A stretch of DNA of 64,000 nucleotides from Sarea resinae (Eukaryota), in assembly GCA_026026165.1 (NCBI GenBank), contig JAPEUD010000010.1, positions 124,001 through 188,000 on the forward strand, read 5' to 3'. The translations under genes and the position numbers were made by a program. The notes beneath the pieces are model-generated. The model had not been told where the DNA came from. It made no database searches and saw only the letters and a list, made by a program, of their open reading frames with translations. Positions 51,304 to 62,803 of the stretch are shown in pieces (position 1 is the first letter of the stretch; each line of letters begins with the position of its first letter).

Positions 51304-51711
51304 AGGTAGTCTGTATAAAATGTATCAATATAATCTTCTTTACCATCTGTCAATACTTTGTTCTTGTGCGTACTAGAAAGATGTTCTATGTGATACGTGC
51401 AATGGCCACCGATATGGGCAGTATCCTCCAGCTGCCCGCTATTACAATGACGCATCTCGGCGAATCGCTTTTCGACATTTTTGCTCTGCCGATACTGTAT
51501 GAAGTACGTAGTTGTTGGAGTCAAAAGTCTGGACACGCCCTTTTACCTCGCTCAGGCGTGGACGGGGTGCTCAACCTTTTGAATCGCACCCCACAAAATA
51601 CCTCGGGACGTCAATCCGGCAACCATCCATCACACTTCAGGGCTCCGCGCACCTACACCAACGCTTCCTATTCTCTGCTTGTTTTTGTATCATAGAGCGA
51701 TTCTTTCATTC

Positions 51712-53362
51712 ATGTTTCTCAGACCGTGCTGCGCCAGAGCAGCTGCGCCGCTGAGCAGAAGCTCGCTGGTCCGCCCAGCAGTGATGCCTCTGAGAGCTAA
51801 GATTCTCCACCCGGCCATTGCAGGGCGAGCACAGGTCAGGATTGCCCCAATCCCGTCAATTCAAAGACTGACTTATATTTTGAAGATGTCGACCTCTGCC
51901 GAAACTATCAAGGAGCTTCCCGGAGACGAGGCTGATGATGTGCTGTTCAACACGATATACGGCGTGCGAACGATCGAATTGAATCGGCCCAAGAAGCTCA
52001 ATTCCCTCAATGGATCTATGGCGCGCAAGATCGTTCCACGACTTCAGGTATGTCTCCAAGCAACATCACAACAGGCTTTCTCTTACACCTCAAAGGAATG
52101 GGAAAAATCCCAGCTTGCGAACGTCATCATCATAAGAGGTGCTGGTGAAAAGTCATTCTGTGCAGGTGGAGACGTGGCTGCCCTCGCAAAATCTAATACA
52201 GAAGGCCCCAAAGGGCAACAAACTTCGAAGGAATACTTCGGATTGGAATACAAGCTGGACCACCTAATAGCTACATACTCAAAACCCTATGTTGCTTTCA
52301 TGGATGGCATTACTATGGGAGGGGGCGTCGGACTTAGCGTGCATGCGCCGTTCAGGATAGCCACAGAGAGGACGCTCTTTGCTATGCCGGAATCAACCAT
52401 CGGATTCTTTCCGGATGTGGGAGGAAGCTTCTTTCTGCCCCGATTAGACGGCGAGGTGGGAACCTACCTGGCGCTAACGAGCGAGCGATTGAAGGGTGTA
52501 AATGCATTGTACGTTCCTTGCCTTGCCCCAGTCGATATCCGGCGAATCTGACAACCTGAACAGTTATTCCGGAGTCGCAACTCACTATATCCATTCCTCG
52601 TCTCTCCCCGACCTAGAAGCCCGTCTCTCCGAGCTGGTGTTCAAGGATTACGCTACACTTCAAGAACGTAACAAGGTCATCGACTCTACTATTGAGGAGT
52701 TCGTGACAGGCCTGCCCCACGACGAGCCAATCCATCTTGCAGGCGAGACCCGTGAGGCTATCGACAGGTGTTTCAAGTACTCAACCATCGAAGAGATCAT
52801 TGCGGCTCTCAAGAAGGAAGGCACCGAATGGGCCTCAAAGACCATCGAAACTCTCCATCAGCGCTCGCCTACCTCTGTCCGCGTCGCTCTTCGCCAAATG
52901 CGCCTAGGAAGCCGGTGGAACATTGCCGAAACCTTCCAGCGCGAATATCATATCGCGGCGAAGTTCATGGAGCACCCCGATTTTGTCGAGGGCGTTTCAG
53001 CCCGGCTGTTGCGCAAGCCAGCCGAGACGCCAAAGTGGCAGCCAGCCAGTATCGAAGAATCCGACGACAGTGTGACGGAGAAGTTCTTCACGGTCGAGGG
53101 GGACAAGCGGCTACAGCTTCTCAACGAAGGTGCCGGCACCGATTATGCGGAATACCCGCATGCTTGGATTGGCTTGCCGAGTGAGCGGGAGGTTGAGCGG
53201 GTGGTGCGTGAGGGAGACAAGACGCGCGCGCAGGTGTTGCAGCACTTTCTTCGGGCTCGCAACGGGAAAACGGGAGTGCGGGAGAAGGTGGAGGAGATCC
53301 TGCAGCGCAAGACCAGGGCCAGCGGGGCTGGCGATAAGGCAAGTTGGATTGCGGAGGATTAG
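51712..53362 (+). CDS. EHD3: Mitochondrial 3-hydroxyisobutyryl-CoA hydrolase (Ehd3/mS47)
   Basis: LNRPKKLNSL, FCAGGDV, MDGITMGGGVGLSVH, FAMPESTIGFFPDVG, SPTS, DFVEGV..L..K..PKW. Presequence; three introns. Confidence 0.95.
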
Positions 53363-54285
53363 TATATAGACTCTTAATCTGCACATCATAGTATTCCATT
53401 GTGACGAAAGCAGCCTTGTACCTTCTCCGAGATATGCATCTGATCTGTGCTCGGGCGAGCCTTTGACACGAGAAAAGTGTTGCATTGTGGACCTTGGAGC
53501 GATCTTGCTTCGAGGATATATAACGCATGCTCCACCAGAGTCCAAAAATACGTATAATCTGAAATGGCTATGACACGACCACGCGACTGATTTATGGCTC
53601 CGCTAGCTGTCCGACTTCGGATTGAAGGTATCTAGGTATTCGAGAGACATCAATTGCCTCTTCATCACTCGCAGGACGGTTCAACAGCTTCAATCCTGGC
53701 AATCTCTCTCCCCACTGTTTATTTGAACCATCTGTAAATTGATTCAGTCCGATGCATATTATGAGTAGAGACCAATCTGTGTGTAGATGTTCGCTTCTCA
53801 TCGGCCCGTCAGCCACGTCGATTGCTGAGCATTCAGCCGTACGGCGGTACAGGTGTCGGTCGGACTTACAGACGGCCTAAGCCCAAAGTGTCCTTTATAG
53901 TCCGGTTTCCCCAGACTCACAATTATTCAATCAACTCCGGTCCCGGCAACCCTAAGGTAGGTAAGCAAGCTGCCAATAATTCCTCAAATTTGTAGCCTCC
54001 TATAATTTTGTCTTGCGTCAACTATAGCTCTCTGTCGTGTGTGAATGCCCGTGCCTCTTTTGAAAGTCCTACCTGTCTCTCGCAATTGGGTTCCATCTCG
54101 TACCTATTTGCAGCTGGAAGACGTTTGGGCGGTGAGCGCGCGAACAGCTTAAGTCGCTGGAGCTTCCTCGTCATTGACCTCGTCATTGACAGCTCGCGCA
54201 ATACGACTGCCGCCTTGTTTCCTTTCTAGACCCTGAGTGTGGCTGCTGGGCACTTATTTTCGGCTGGACGGGAGGGTTTTGCAAT

Positions 54286-55501
54286 ATGGCTACGACTACT
54301 GGGTGAGAGCTTTGCTTGGTACTTGTTTCACTCTTGCTGACAGCTCCGATCAGCGCCTTCATTGCTGGGGGCATCGCGGCCTGCGGAGCTGTGACCGTGA
54401 CGCACAGTTTCGAGACGGTGAAGATTCGGTATGGGAAACCATAAGATGCGGTTCTAGGGAGCGTGGCTGATACGAATCAACCAACAGATTACAATTGCAG
54501 GGCGAGCTGCAGGCGAAGAAGGATGCTCCGCGCATGTATAAAGGTGTCTTGCACGGCGTTGGCACCATCATCAAGAATGACGGAGTGAGGGGACTGTATC
54601 GTGGACTCAGTTGCGCGGTTAGCAATTCTCTGGACCGCGTGGGACATCTCCAGGCTGATGCATTTGCCGTGTGATAGTATATCTACCAGATGATCCTCAA
54701 TGGCTGTCGATTAGGCTTCTATGAGCCCATACGAACCACTCTGACATCGGCCATCTTCAAGGATTCGCATGTGCAGTCCCTCGGCGTGAACATCTTTTCC
54801 GGAGCGACCTCCGGTATCCTCGGCGCCGCCGCCGGTTCTCCCTTCTTCCTGGTCAAGACTCGATTACAGTCATATTCACCATCTTTACCCGTGGGCACGC
54901 AACATCACTACCGGGGGGCTTGGGATGGGCTGCGAACGATACAACGGCAGGAAGGGATCAGAGGACTCTATCGGGGCGTGGAGGCGGCGATGATCAGGAC
55001 TGGTTTCGGGAGCTCCGTACAGCTCCCTACCTATTTCTTCGCGAAGAGAAGGATGATCAGGCACCTGGGGATGGATGAAGGTCCTCTTTTGCATCTTGCC
55101 AGTAGCACCGCGAGTGGCTTTGTGGTCTGCTGTGTCATGCACCCACCAGGTAAGAGATGCCGAAAAAAGTCGACGCATGAGGTATTGACCGACTGACCGC
55201 CGTCTTAGACACCGTGATGTCGCGCATGTATAACCAGACGGGCAATCTCTATCACGGCGCATTCGACTGCTTCTATAAAACTGTCAAGACGGAGGGGCTC
55301 CTTGCTGTCTACAAGGGATTCTTCGCTCATCTGGCGAGAATTCTACCACATACAGTATGCCAAGCCCTGCGACTCTCCGCGTCAGAAATATGAACTGACT
55401 CGCTTTAGATCTTGACTCTCAGCTTGGCAGAGCAGACGAATAAATTGATACGAAGAGCTGAGGATCGAATACTACCGTCATCCATCAAGGAAATAATATA
55501 A
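54286..55501 (+). CDS. OAC1: Mitochondrial oxaloacetate/sulfate carrier
   Basis: AFIAGGIAACGAVTVTH, ETVKIRLQLQGEL, NGCRLGFYEPIR, SPFFLVKTRLQS, GTQHHY, DTVMSRMYNQ, ARILPHT; ends IKEII* at 55501. Confidence 0.94.
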
Positions 55502-56551
55502 ATCGTGCATATCGGGCAATCCAAAAAGCAGGGAATCGAGGAAATCCAGAAGGCGCTTGGGAAATACTGCAGCGACTGCAGCGACTTCGAGGGATGCGAG
55601 CATTATGCGAATGGTGGTGTCATTGTATTGTATCAGTAGCATCTCAGGGCGTACGAGAAGCCGCTATTATTGTCGGCATGCTCCCAATTCGACGTCGTGA
55701 AAGTTTGTGATGCCCTCATAGAGCCTACATCATAAAGCTCCATCAGTAGTGCGGAATCTGCTCTGCAAACTGCCCAAGAAGAGGTTGGAAAGGATTGCTG
55801 CCTTGAGCAGTTCCTTGCGACTTGGCGACTGTTCTGAGACAGTGCGGAATGAAGAACAGACAACATCGCTCGGAGCCGGTCGTGAGGGTGGAAGCAAGAG
55901 CATGATTGCTAATCATCAGTAGACGATGCTCGATCAGATCTGCGCAAGCTGCCCTGATTGCCGAGTGTACATCACTACGGGATTCCGCCCCTGGCTCAAA
56001 GCATTACGTCTCTTTCGCTCCAAGTGTCCCTGCCAAGAGGACCGTCGATCCGCTCGGGGGTCGATGGTGGGCGGCGATAGGTAAACATGGGAAAAGTGAG
56101 GTGAAATCTCTCGCGGACAACGGGATCGAACAGTCGATGAGTCGACTGACCGAGTGAGGTTGTCGTCAAGAGGACGAGCCGTCCGTATCTGCCCGTCCTG
56201 TCTGGCAGAAGATATAATAGATGATTGGACATTGTCGGGAGTACTCTGTACGGTCCTTGGTACTCTCAGAGGAGTCGAGAGGGGTGAGTCAAGTGGGAGG
56301 AGGGGTCAAGTACTTTGGAGTACTATGAGTACGAATGACTCTAGGTATGATGACTACATACGGTAGTACTACGTAGTAGAGTCGTGTTCCCTAGAAGATC
56401 CTCGAGTCGAACGTCGGTGAGGAAGATGGCAATGGATGCAAGGAATGGCCGGGTGGTGCAGGAGAGCCGTGCAGGGACTGCAGCGAGTGCAGGGTCCACC
56501 GCGTGTTCCAATTATGTATTGTACGAAGTACTACGTAGTAGTACGCTGTCG

Positions 56552-57176
56552 TTTCGCGTGTGCGGGCGTGTTCAGGTACTCTCTGTCTCTCTCTCTCTGT
56601 CTCTCGCAGGCCAATTTGTCAACGAGCTTGACCCGACCATGACACGCTAAATCAGCCCTCGCGCTTCGGCTGAGAGCAGAGATGGTCGACGGCCGATTGC
56701 ATTAAAAGATCATGACATCCTCCATTCATCTCTGCACCGTGTATCTTTCACCATCCTCATCTCATTCATCTCATTCATCCTGCATCACGACCTCTATAGA
56801 CGCGTTCTTTCTCACTACTTGTGTCGCTGCAGCGTTGAACTGAATTGAAACGAACCATCCAAACCCATACAGCCCACTCTTTCTTTTTCACAAGGTACGG
56901 CTAAGTAAACACCAGGCTGCTGGGTGCAAGCGATACATTCGATACATCATAATCTGACATCCTGGGTGGCAACCAACACTGACCATCGTGCAACGATAGA
57001 CCACATCTGATCTCGAGAGTCTCAAGATGGGTGATGCAAAGGTCCTAGTTCCAGGTCAGCGACCGCTCAGGCCTGAGGAAGTCGACGAGCCCATTCTTCG
57101 AGAGAATCCTCACCGTTTCGTTCTCTTTCCGATCAAATACAATGAGGTTTGTTTCTCTCCCAGACGCGTCGCGCGT
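56552..57176. promoter_or_regulatory. MCB/SCB-like CGCG elements of RNR2
   Basis: TTTCGCGTG 56552-56560, ACGCGT 56800-56805, and ACGCGTCGCGCGT from 57164 inside the first coding-region intron. Confidence 0.5.
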
Positions 57177-58232
57177 AAAGTGCTTTCGTGCGATGCAGGC
57201 CAAGGCTGATCAGGCCTCGTTACACAGATCTGGCAGATGTACAAGCAAGCCGAGGCTTCCTTCTGGACCGCCGAGGAAATCGATCTCTCAAAGGATCTCC
57301 ACGACTGGCACAACAAATTGAATGATGATGAACGTCACTTCATCTCCTACGTCCTTGCATTCTTCGCCGCGTCCGATGGGATCGTCAATGAGAACCTCGT
57401 CGAGCGATTCAGCGGCGAGGTTCAAATCCCAGAGGCACGATGCTTCTACGGTTTCCAGATCATGACCGAGAACATCCACTCCGAGACGTATTCCCTCCTC
57501 ATCGACACATACATCGCCGAACCGACGCAGCGGACGTTCCTCTTCGAGGCCATCGACAACAGTAGGTCACCACTTCGTCACGAGTGTTTGAGACATCGAA
57601 GCTGACCTGAGAAAACAGTCCCTTGCATTCGCAAGAAGGCCGACTGGGCCATCAAGTGGATCCAAGATCCAAACTCGACATTTGCTTCTCGTCTAGTTGC
57701 ATTTGCCGCCGTTGAGGGTATCTTCTTCAGCGGATCCTTCGCCTCGATCTTCTGGCTGAAGAAGCGCGGTCTCATGCCCGGCCTGACCTTTTCAAATGAG
57801 CTGATCTCCCGTGACGAGGGTCTGCACACCGACTTTGGCTGCTTGCTTTTCTCTCACCTCAATAATCGGCCGAGCAAGGAATTAATCGAGTCGATCATCG
57901 TCGAGGCCGTTAGCATCGAACAAGAGTTCCTGACTGAAGCCCTACCCGTCGCTCTATTGGGCATGAATCAAGACTTGATGAAGCAATACATCGAGTTCGT
58001 CGCCGATCGCCTGTTACTCGTGCTCGGCAACAAGAAGTACTATGGCTCGACGAACCCCTTCGACTTCATGGAGAACATCTCGCTACCCGGTAAGACCAAC
58101 TTCTTCGAGAAGCGTGTCGGCGATTACCAGAAGGCGGGCGTCATGGCGAGCACTACGAAGAAGGACGGCACGGAGGACAGCGAAAAGAAGAACGAGAACG
58201 GCGGCAACTTTTCATTTGATGAAGATTTCTAG
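57027..58232 (+). CDS. RNR2: Ribonucleotide reductase small subunit
   Basis: [75 protein letters not shown]-terminal FSFDEDF*. Two coding introns. Confidence 0.98.
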
Positions 58233-58889
58233 GTCCCTCGCATCTCCTTTCTTTTCTAATGCCGTCTGATACGCCATCTCTGCCTCGATGTAGATCATGT
58301 GCTCTCTCCTCTCACGCAGCATCAGTCGTAATGATCATGTTTCCTTTTTCTGTCGAAGTCTGGCATATCATGCCGTTTCATGTACGCGCACAGACGACAC
58401 AGTTCTCCTCTCTGCCATTACACTGGACTACTCTTCACTTCTCTTTTCTTGGGCGTTGGGCCAAGACAAAGAGATCGACGACTCTACTTTTGTCTTTGGG
58501 GGCCGGCTGGAGGGCAAAGGGAGGTTTTAAGTGCATCCTCATCATCGTCATAGGGTAAGATTTAGATGAAGATCAGGCACGAAACCTCACTAGAGTCAAA
58601 TGAAAATCCCGAAACGGATTAGATCAAGCTGTATCAACTCTGTTCGTTGCGATGAGGCTAATGGTGAAGATTTTTGAATGCAGCTATGCACCTGATGGAT
58701 GACAAGGTAGACAGATGCGAAGCGCCTAACGCCCGTTTCCATGCCTAAAGAAAGAAAACCAAGCAAGCAATACAGACGACCAAGGGCTCCCGCAACTGAC
58801 TATCCTCGCACTTGCTGTCTGCTGCCACCCCACTAGCCCCGTACGAGGTCGGTTTTCTCCGTTCCTCGATCCACGAGTGAAAAGAGGGC

Positions 58890-59797
58890 TCATTTCTTCC
58901 CCTTCTTCTTCTTCTTTCCCCCTTGCGCTCCTCCCGTCTGCTTTGGTGCTTGTCCTTGTCCCTCGTTTTTTGTTGCCGCCGACTCTGGTACCGGCGTGCT
59001 TGCGCCTGGCGTCTCTGATGTGGCTGGGGGGGCGTCGGGCATTGCAGTATCTGTTTTACATAAAAGAGGGGAGCCTGTTAGTCGGACCTACTTCTTCACC
59101 TATCATCTTTCGAGACAGAGAGACAGGGGCCAAGGGACAGATGGGAAGGGGGCCAAAAAGCCAAAGAGCAGCTATCCCGCCAATAGGGATGGAATTTGAA
59201 AGACGGAAACTCACCAAGCGCATCTGCATCCTCTAGCTCCGACGCTCCGGCAACGCCGCTCATCCGCTTCCCCAGCCGGTGGAGAGAGCCAATCAGTCGG
59301 CCAACTTCGGCGGCTTTGTCCGTTTTGTACTTCAGACATGTCCCTGAGGCCGGGTCGTATGTTTTGAGCGTCAGCAGTGCTTTTGGTGCTGCTGGGGGCG
59401 CTCCGGGTGCTGCTGTTGGGGCTGGAGTTTTCGTGTTCGGTTTAGTGGTCGTGTTGGAGGTTGGAGGGCTGATGGTGTATTTCGTCGTGATGCGTGTCTG
59501 GATCGATGGCATTAGTCCAGGTAGCATTGGATGTATGGTCTATCGGTCTTCGGAGGAGCACTGTCAAGTATACGAATGCGACGCAGGTACAGGTAAGGAG
59601 CAACAACGAATGCGCTTCTCTAACGAATATGGATAGAAAGGCAAGGCAAGTTGCGGGACGAGCTGCCATCCGAGAGACACAAACGGGGAGGCACGCAAGA
59701 GAGCGAGGGCGCGGGAAATACGTACGGTCGTTGGCCGGGCTTGGAGCAGCTGTGCAGACTGGTGCAGCCATGCATGCGAGGTGGCTAGATATGGCAT
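58890..59797 (-). CDS. SRP21: Signal recognition particle subunit SRP9/SRP21
   Basis: MPYLATSHAWLHQSAQLLQARPTT|TRITTKY...LTLKTYDPASGTCLKYKTDKAAEVGRLI; last exon ends GGKKKKKGKK*. Confidence 0.9.
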
Positions 59798-60230
59798 TCT
59801 TCGTGGAGAGAGTCCGTTCGCAGGCAGAGAGGGAGGTCTGGCGGGTTCTATGTTCAGTTCGTGCGTTGGACTCTCTCTCTCTCTCTCTTGTGGACAGTAG
59901 GTTGGCTTGATATCAAGATTCAAGAGTGATCGAGGGTCGTGTGTGCGCGGCGGGAAGTCCCGCCGTCCTGCCCGCCGTCCCTTGCCAATATGTCCCGCCC
60001 ACCGCCCGCCGCCCGCCGCCCACCGCCTTTCACTCGCTTCTCTCGCTCCGCTGTCTGGAGCCGTTGGGTGACGACACCCCCACCATGGAGACCATACAGG
60101 TACCCGCCCCATATGAGGAATCGTAGGGCACCAGACAATATCACGCCCCTTTGTTTACGGCCCGTCCGCCTTGTCTCTCATCTCTTTACTCAAATTAGAT
60201 CATCCTCCTTTCTTATGCTGCACGGCAATA

Positions 60231-60785
60231 ATGTCCCCTTTCAATGGCTCGGAAAACAACAGTGGCGATGAAGCGGACCTATCTCCCAGCAGAAACGTGA
60301 CCGCTACGCCCTCCGCCGAAGGTCTGCTACAAGAATGCAAGACGCTGGTATCGGAGCTGAAAGAGTTTCACGCTCTACTAAAGGAGCGGAAGCAAGAGGG
60401 CCGCGTCGAGTTGAGGCAATTCCAGAGCTCCGTGCTCTCCGAGATGCGAGCATTGGAGAAGGTGTGTTCTGTATTTCGTGATTGCTTCACTCCTAATTAT
60501 GGATACTCTCAAAAGAGCTATCAATCAAGCACATATCATATTACGCTGCTGAACCCCATTCTGACTATGACTCTAGCTTGCACAAGCGGATCCATCCGAG
60601 GATAGAATTCAACACGCCCTCCGCTCGTCCAACCTGCCCTTCTACACCGCTGTCTGGGCAGCCGCCAAACGCTCCCAGGGCCTCGTCACCTTCCACAAGC
60701 GCTTCTATTGGGAAGTTCCAGCTCGACTCTCCCATAAGCATGACAAGGCCTCCACGGATCAAGCGAACGGCGACGCCCGAGCAGG

Positions 60786-60816
<31 letters not shown>

Positions 60817-62031
60817 CCGAAGCCCAAAAAGAAGAGCGCTTTGGTGGACATCGTAGCAGGCAACGGGCTAGAATGGATCAAAGTCTCGACGATCACGCCC
60901 GCACGCCTAGGGTTCGAGATGGCCAAAGCCGGCTGGGAAGGCCAGGACTCCGGCTCCGCTTCGGCAGCGTCGTCAACATCATCCACGCTCTCCGATTGCT
61001 CCGACGACGTCTCCCTCCTCAAGGCCGCCGACGACCTCAGCAAAGCAAGCCACGCCACCCGTATCTCCTACCAACATCCGCACATCCATTTCGTCCTGCC
61101 TAAAATCGCAGAGGGGACGCACCCAGCGATCGACGAGCTCCTAGAGACCATCCGGTCTTCCACGGGCGCCACCATCGAGTGCGCGCAGGACCTTCAACAA
61201 CAAGAAGAAGAAGAACAAACATCCTCACCGTCCATGCCCGAACTAGTCGACCGCCTAATCCTGAGCTCCTTCACCAGCCTCACCAAGACCCTAAACATCG
61301 ACTGCACGATCCTGCTCGCCCTCGTCTCCGACCTCTCCTACAACGCCTCCCTCACGCCCGCGCCCCATCTCCACCGCGCCATCCGCCGTCAAATCGAACT
61401 CGAAGCCCACGACCACCTCCTCCCGGACATCCTCTGGCCCGCCATGGGCGACAGGCAGCTCGTGTGCACGGCCGAGGCGGCGAAGCGCATGCGCGAGATC
61501 GTCGACACCATCGGCACCGACGACGAACGGACCCGCACCGACTTACTCTTATCCGACAGCAGCAGCAGCAGCAGCAGCAGCATCGACACGCCTGCCCAGA
61601 GCCCCCGAGAGCGCGTCCAAGGCTTTCAATCGCTGTCCTCCTATCCCGTTCCCAAGGAATGGAACCTTCCTGTTCTCGTCCGACCGTTTTCCGCCGCCTC
61701 GGCCCTCTCCAAACTGTCGCATTCACCACCACCATCATCACCGTCATCATCGCCATCACCATCAAAGCCATCACCATCAGCAGCAGCAGCAGCAAAAACA
61801 GTCTCCGACACCCTGTCCGACATCAACCGATCCGTGTTCCTGTACGGCTGGTCCGAGGGCCACACGACGCTGTCATCCAACCGCACCGTCGCCAAGGCCA
61901 TCGAGGCCGTCGTCGAGAAATGCAGCGCGGAGAGCGAAGCCGAGGGAAAAGGCGAGCTCAGCGGTCCCGACATCTGGCTCTGTCCCGTGGCTAGGAGTTT
62001 GGTGGGCAAGGAGAAGGACAGGAGGGAGTGA
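60231..62031 (+). CDS. DUF1308 / UPF0415 (C7orf25-like) protein
   Basis: HALRSSNLPFYTAVW, VDIVAGNGLEWIKVST, LNIDCTILLALVSDLS, VFLYGW...TLSSN. One intron (~60462-60576). Confidence 0.85.
60787..60815 (+). repeat. (GCA)n microsatellite encoding poly-Ala; further AGC/GCA tracts at ~61558 (poly-Ser) and ~61779 (poly-Ala)
   Basis: Read directly in the coding sequence. Confidence 0.85.
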
Positions 62032-62340
62032 ATGAGGGAGTGAATGAATGAATGAGTGAGTGCGTGGGTGTGCGGGTGGATTTATAATGAATGAAGCAAC
62101 CAATGTACGAATCTTGACTTTGTGTTGTTTGTACCCGAATGGCATTCTCGAGGCAAGAGAAAAGGCGTGATGATAATGACGATGACGACGTTGAATTGGC
62201 ATTTGACATGGGCATATCTGCATTAGCAACAGCAGCGGCATCAGAGACTCTTCTCGTTTCTTTCTCTCTTTTCTCCGAGAGAGCGGCGCTCCAGAACGAA
62301 TATTTTTCGATTTTTACACGTGCTCGACGCGGAAAGAGCC

Positions 62341-62373
62341 AAAAAAAAAAAAAAAAAAAAGAAAAAGAAAAAG
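62341..62373. repeat. Poly(A)/A-rich tract between convergent 3' ends
   Basis: A20 followed by GAAAAAGAAAAAG. Confidence 0.8.
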
Positions 62374-62713
62374 ATGAAAGATACCAGGAAGGAAAATTTA
62401 CCCAACGCCCCCACACACCGTTGTCAATGCAGGAGAGTTTGAAGGTAGTAGGTAGGTAGGTAGGTAGGGAGGAAAAGACTTCGTAGCAGAGGGGGCCCAA
62501 CAAAACAATGGAGAAAGCGCGCGTGTCTCTCGCTCGGGGAGAAGGGTTTGCCTCGTCCGAAAGAGCCGATCTAGATTAGAGAAGAAGAATGGCAAGGCGA
62601 GGGAAAGAGAAGTAATAGGAAAATGCGTTCCAGCCATCCATCCATCCTTCCTTCCGTCCTTCCATCCCTCCTCATACGGTAGTGAGTGATAGACCAGCTG
62701 GAAAATAGCCACA

Positions 62714-62767
62714 TCATGCGTCTTTACCCGTCAAGCGCTTCCGCTCCTCGTCGTCGCCGCCGGCCTT

Positions 62768-62803
<36 letters not shown>

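Noticed and set aside
55633..56232. Minus-strand ORF fragments between OAC1 and RNR2
   Set aside because: Could not be joined into a credible spliced gene; no recognised motifs.
61179..61994. 271-aa Arg/Pro-rich ORF
   Set aside because: Alternate frame of the GC-rich DUF1308 exon.
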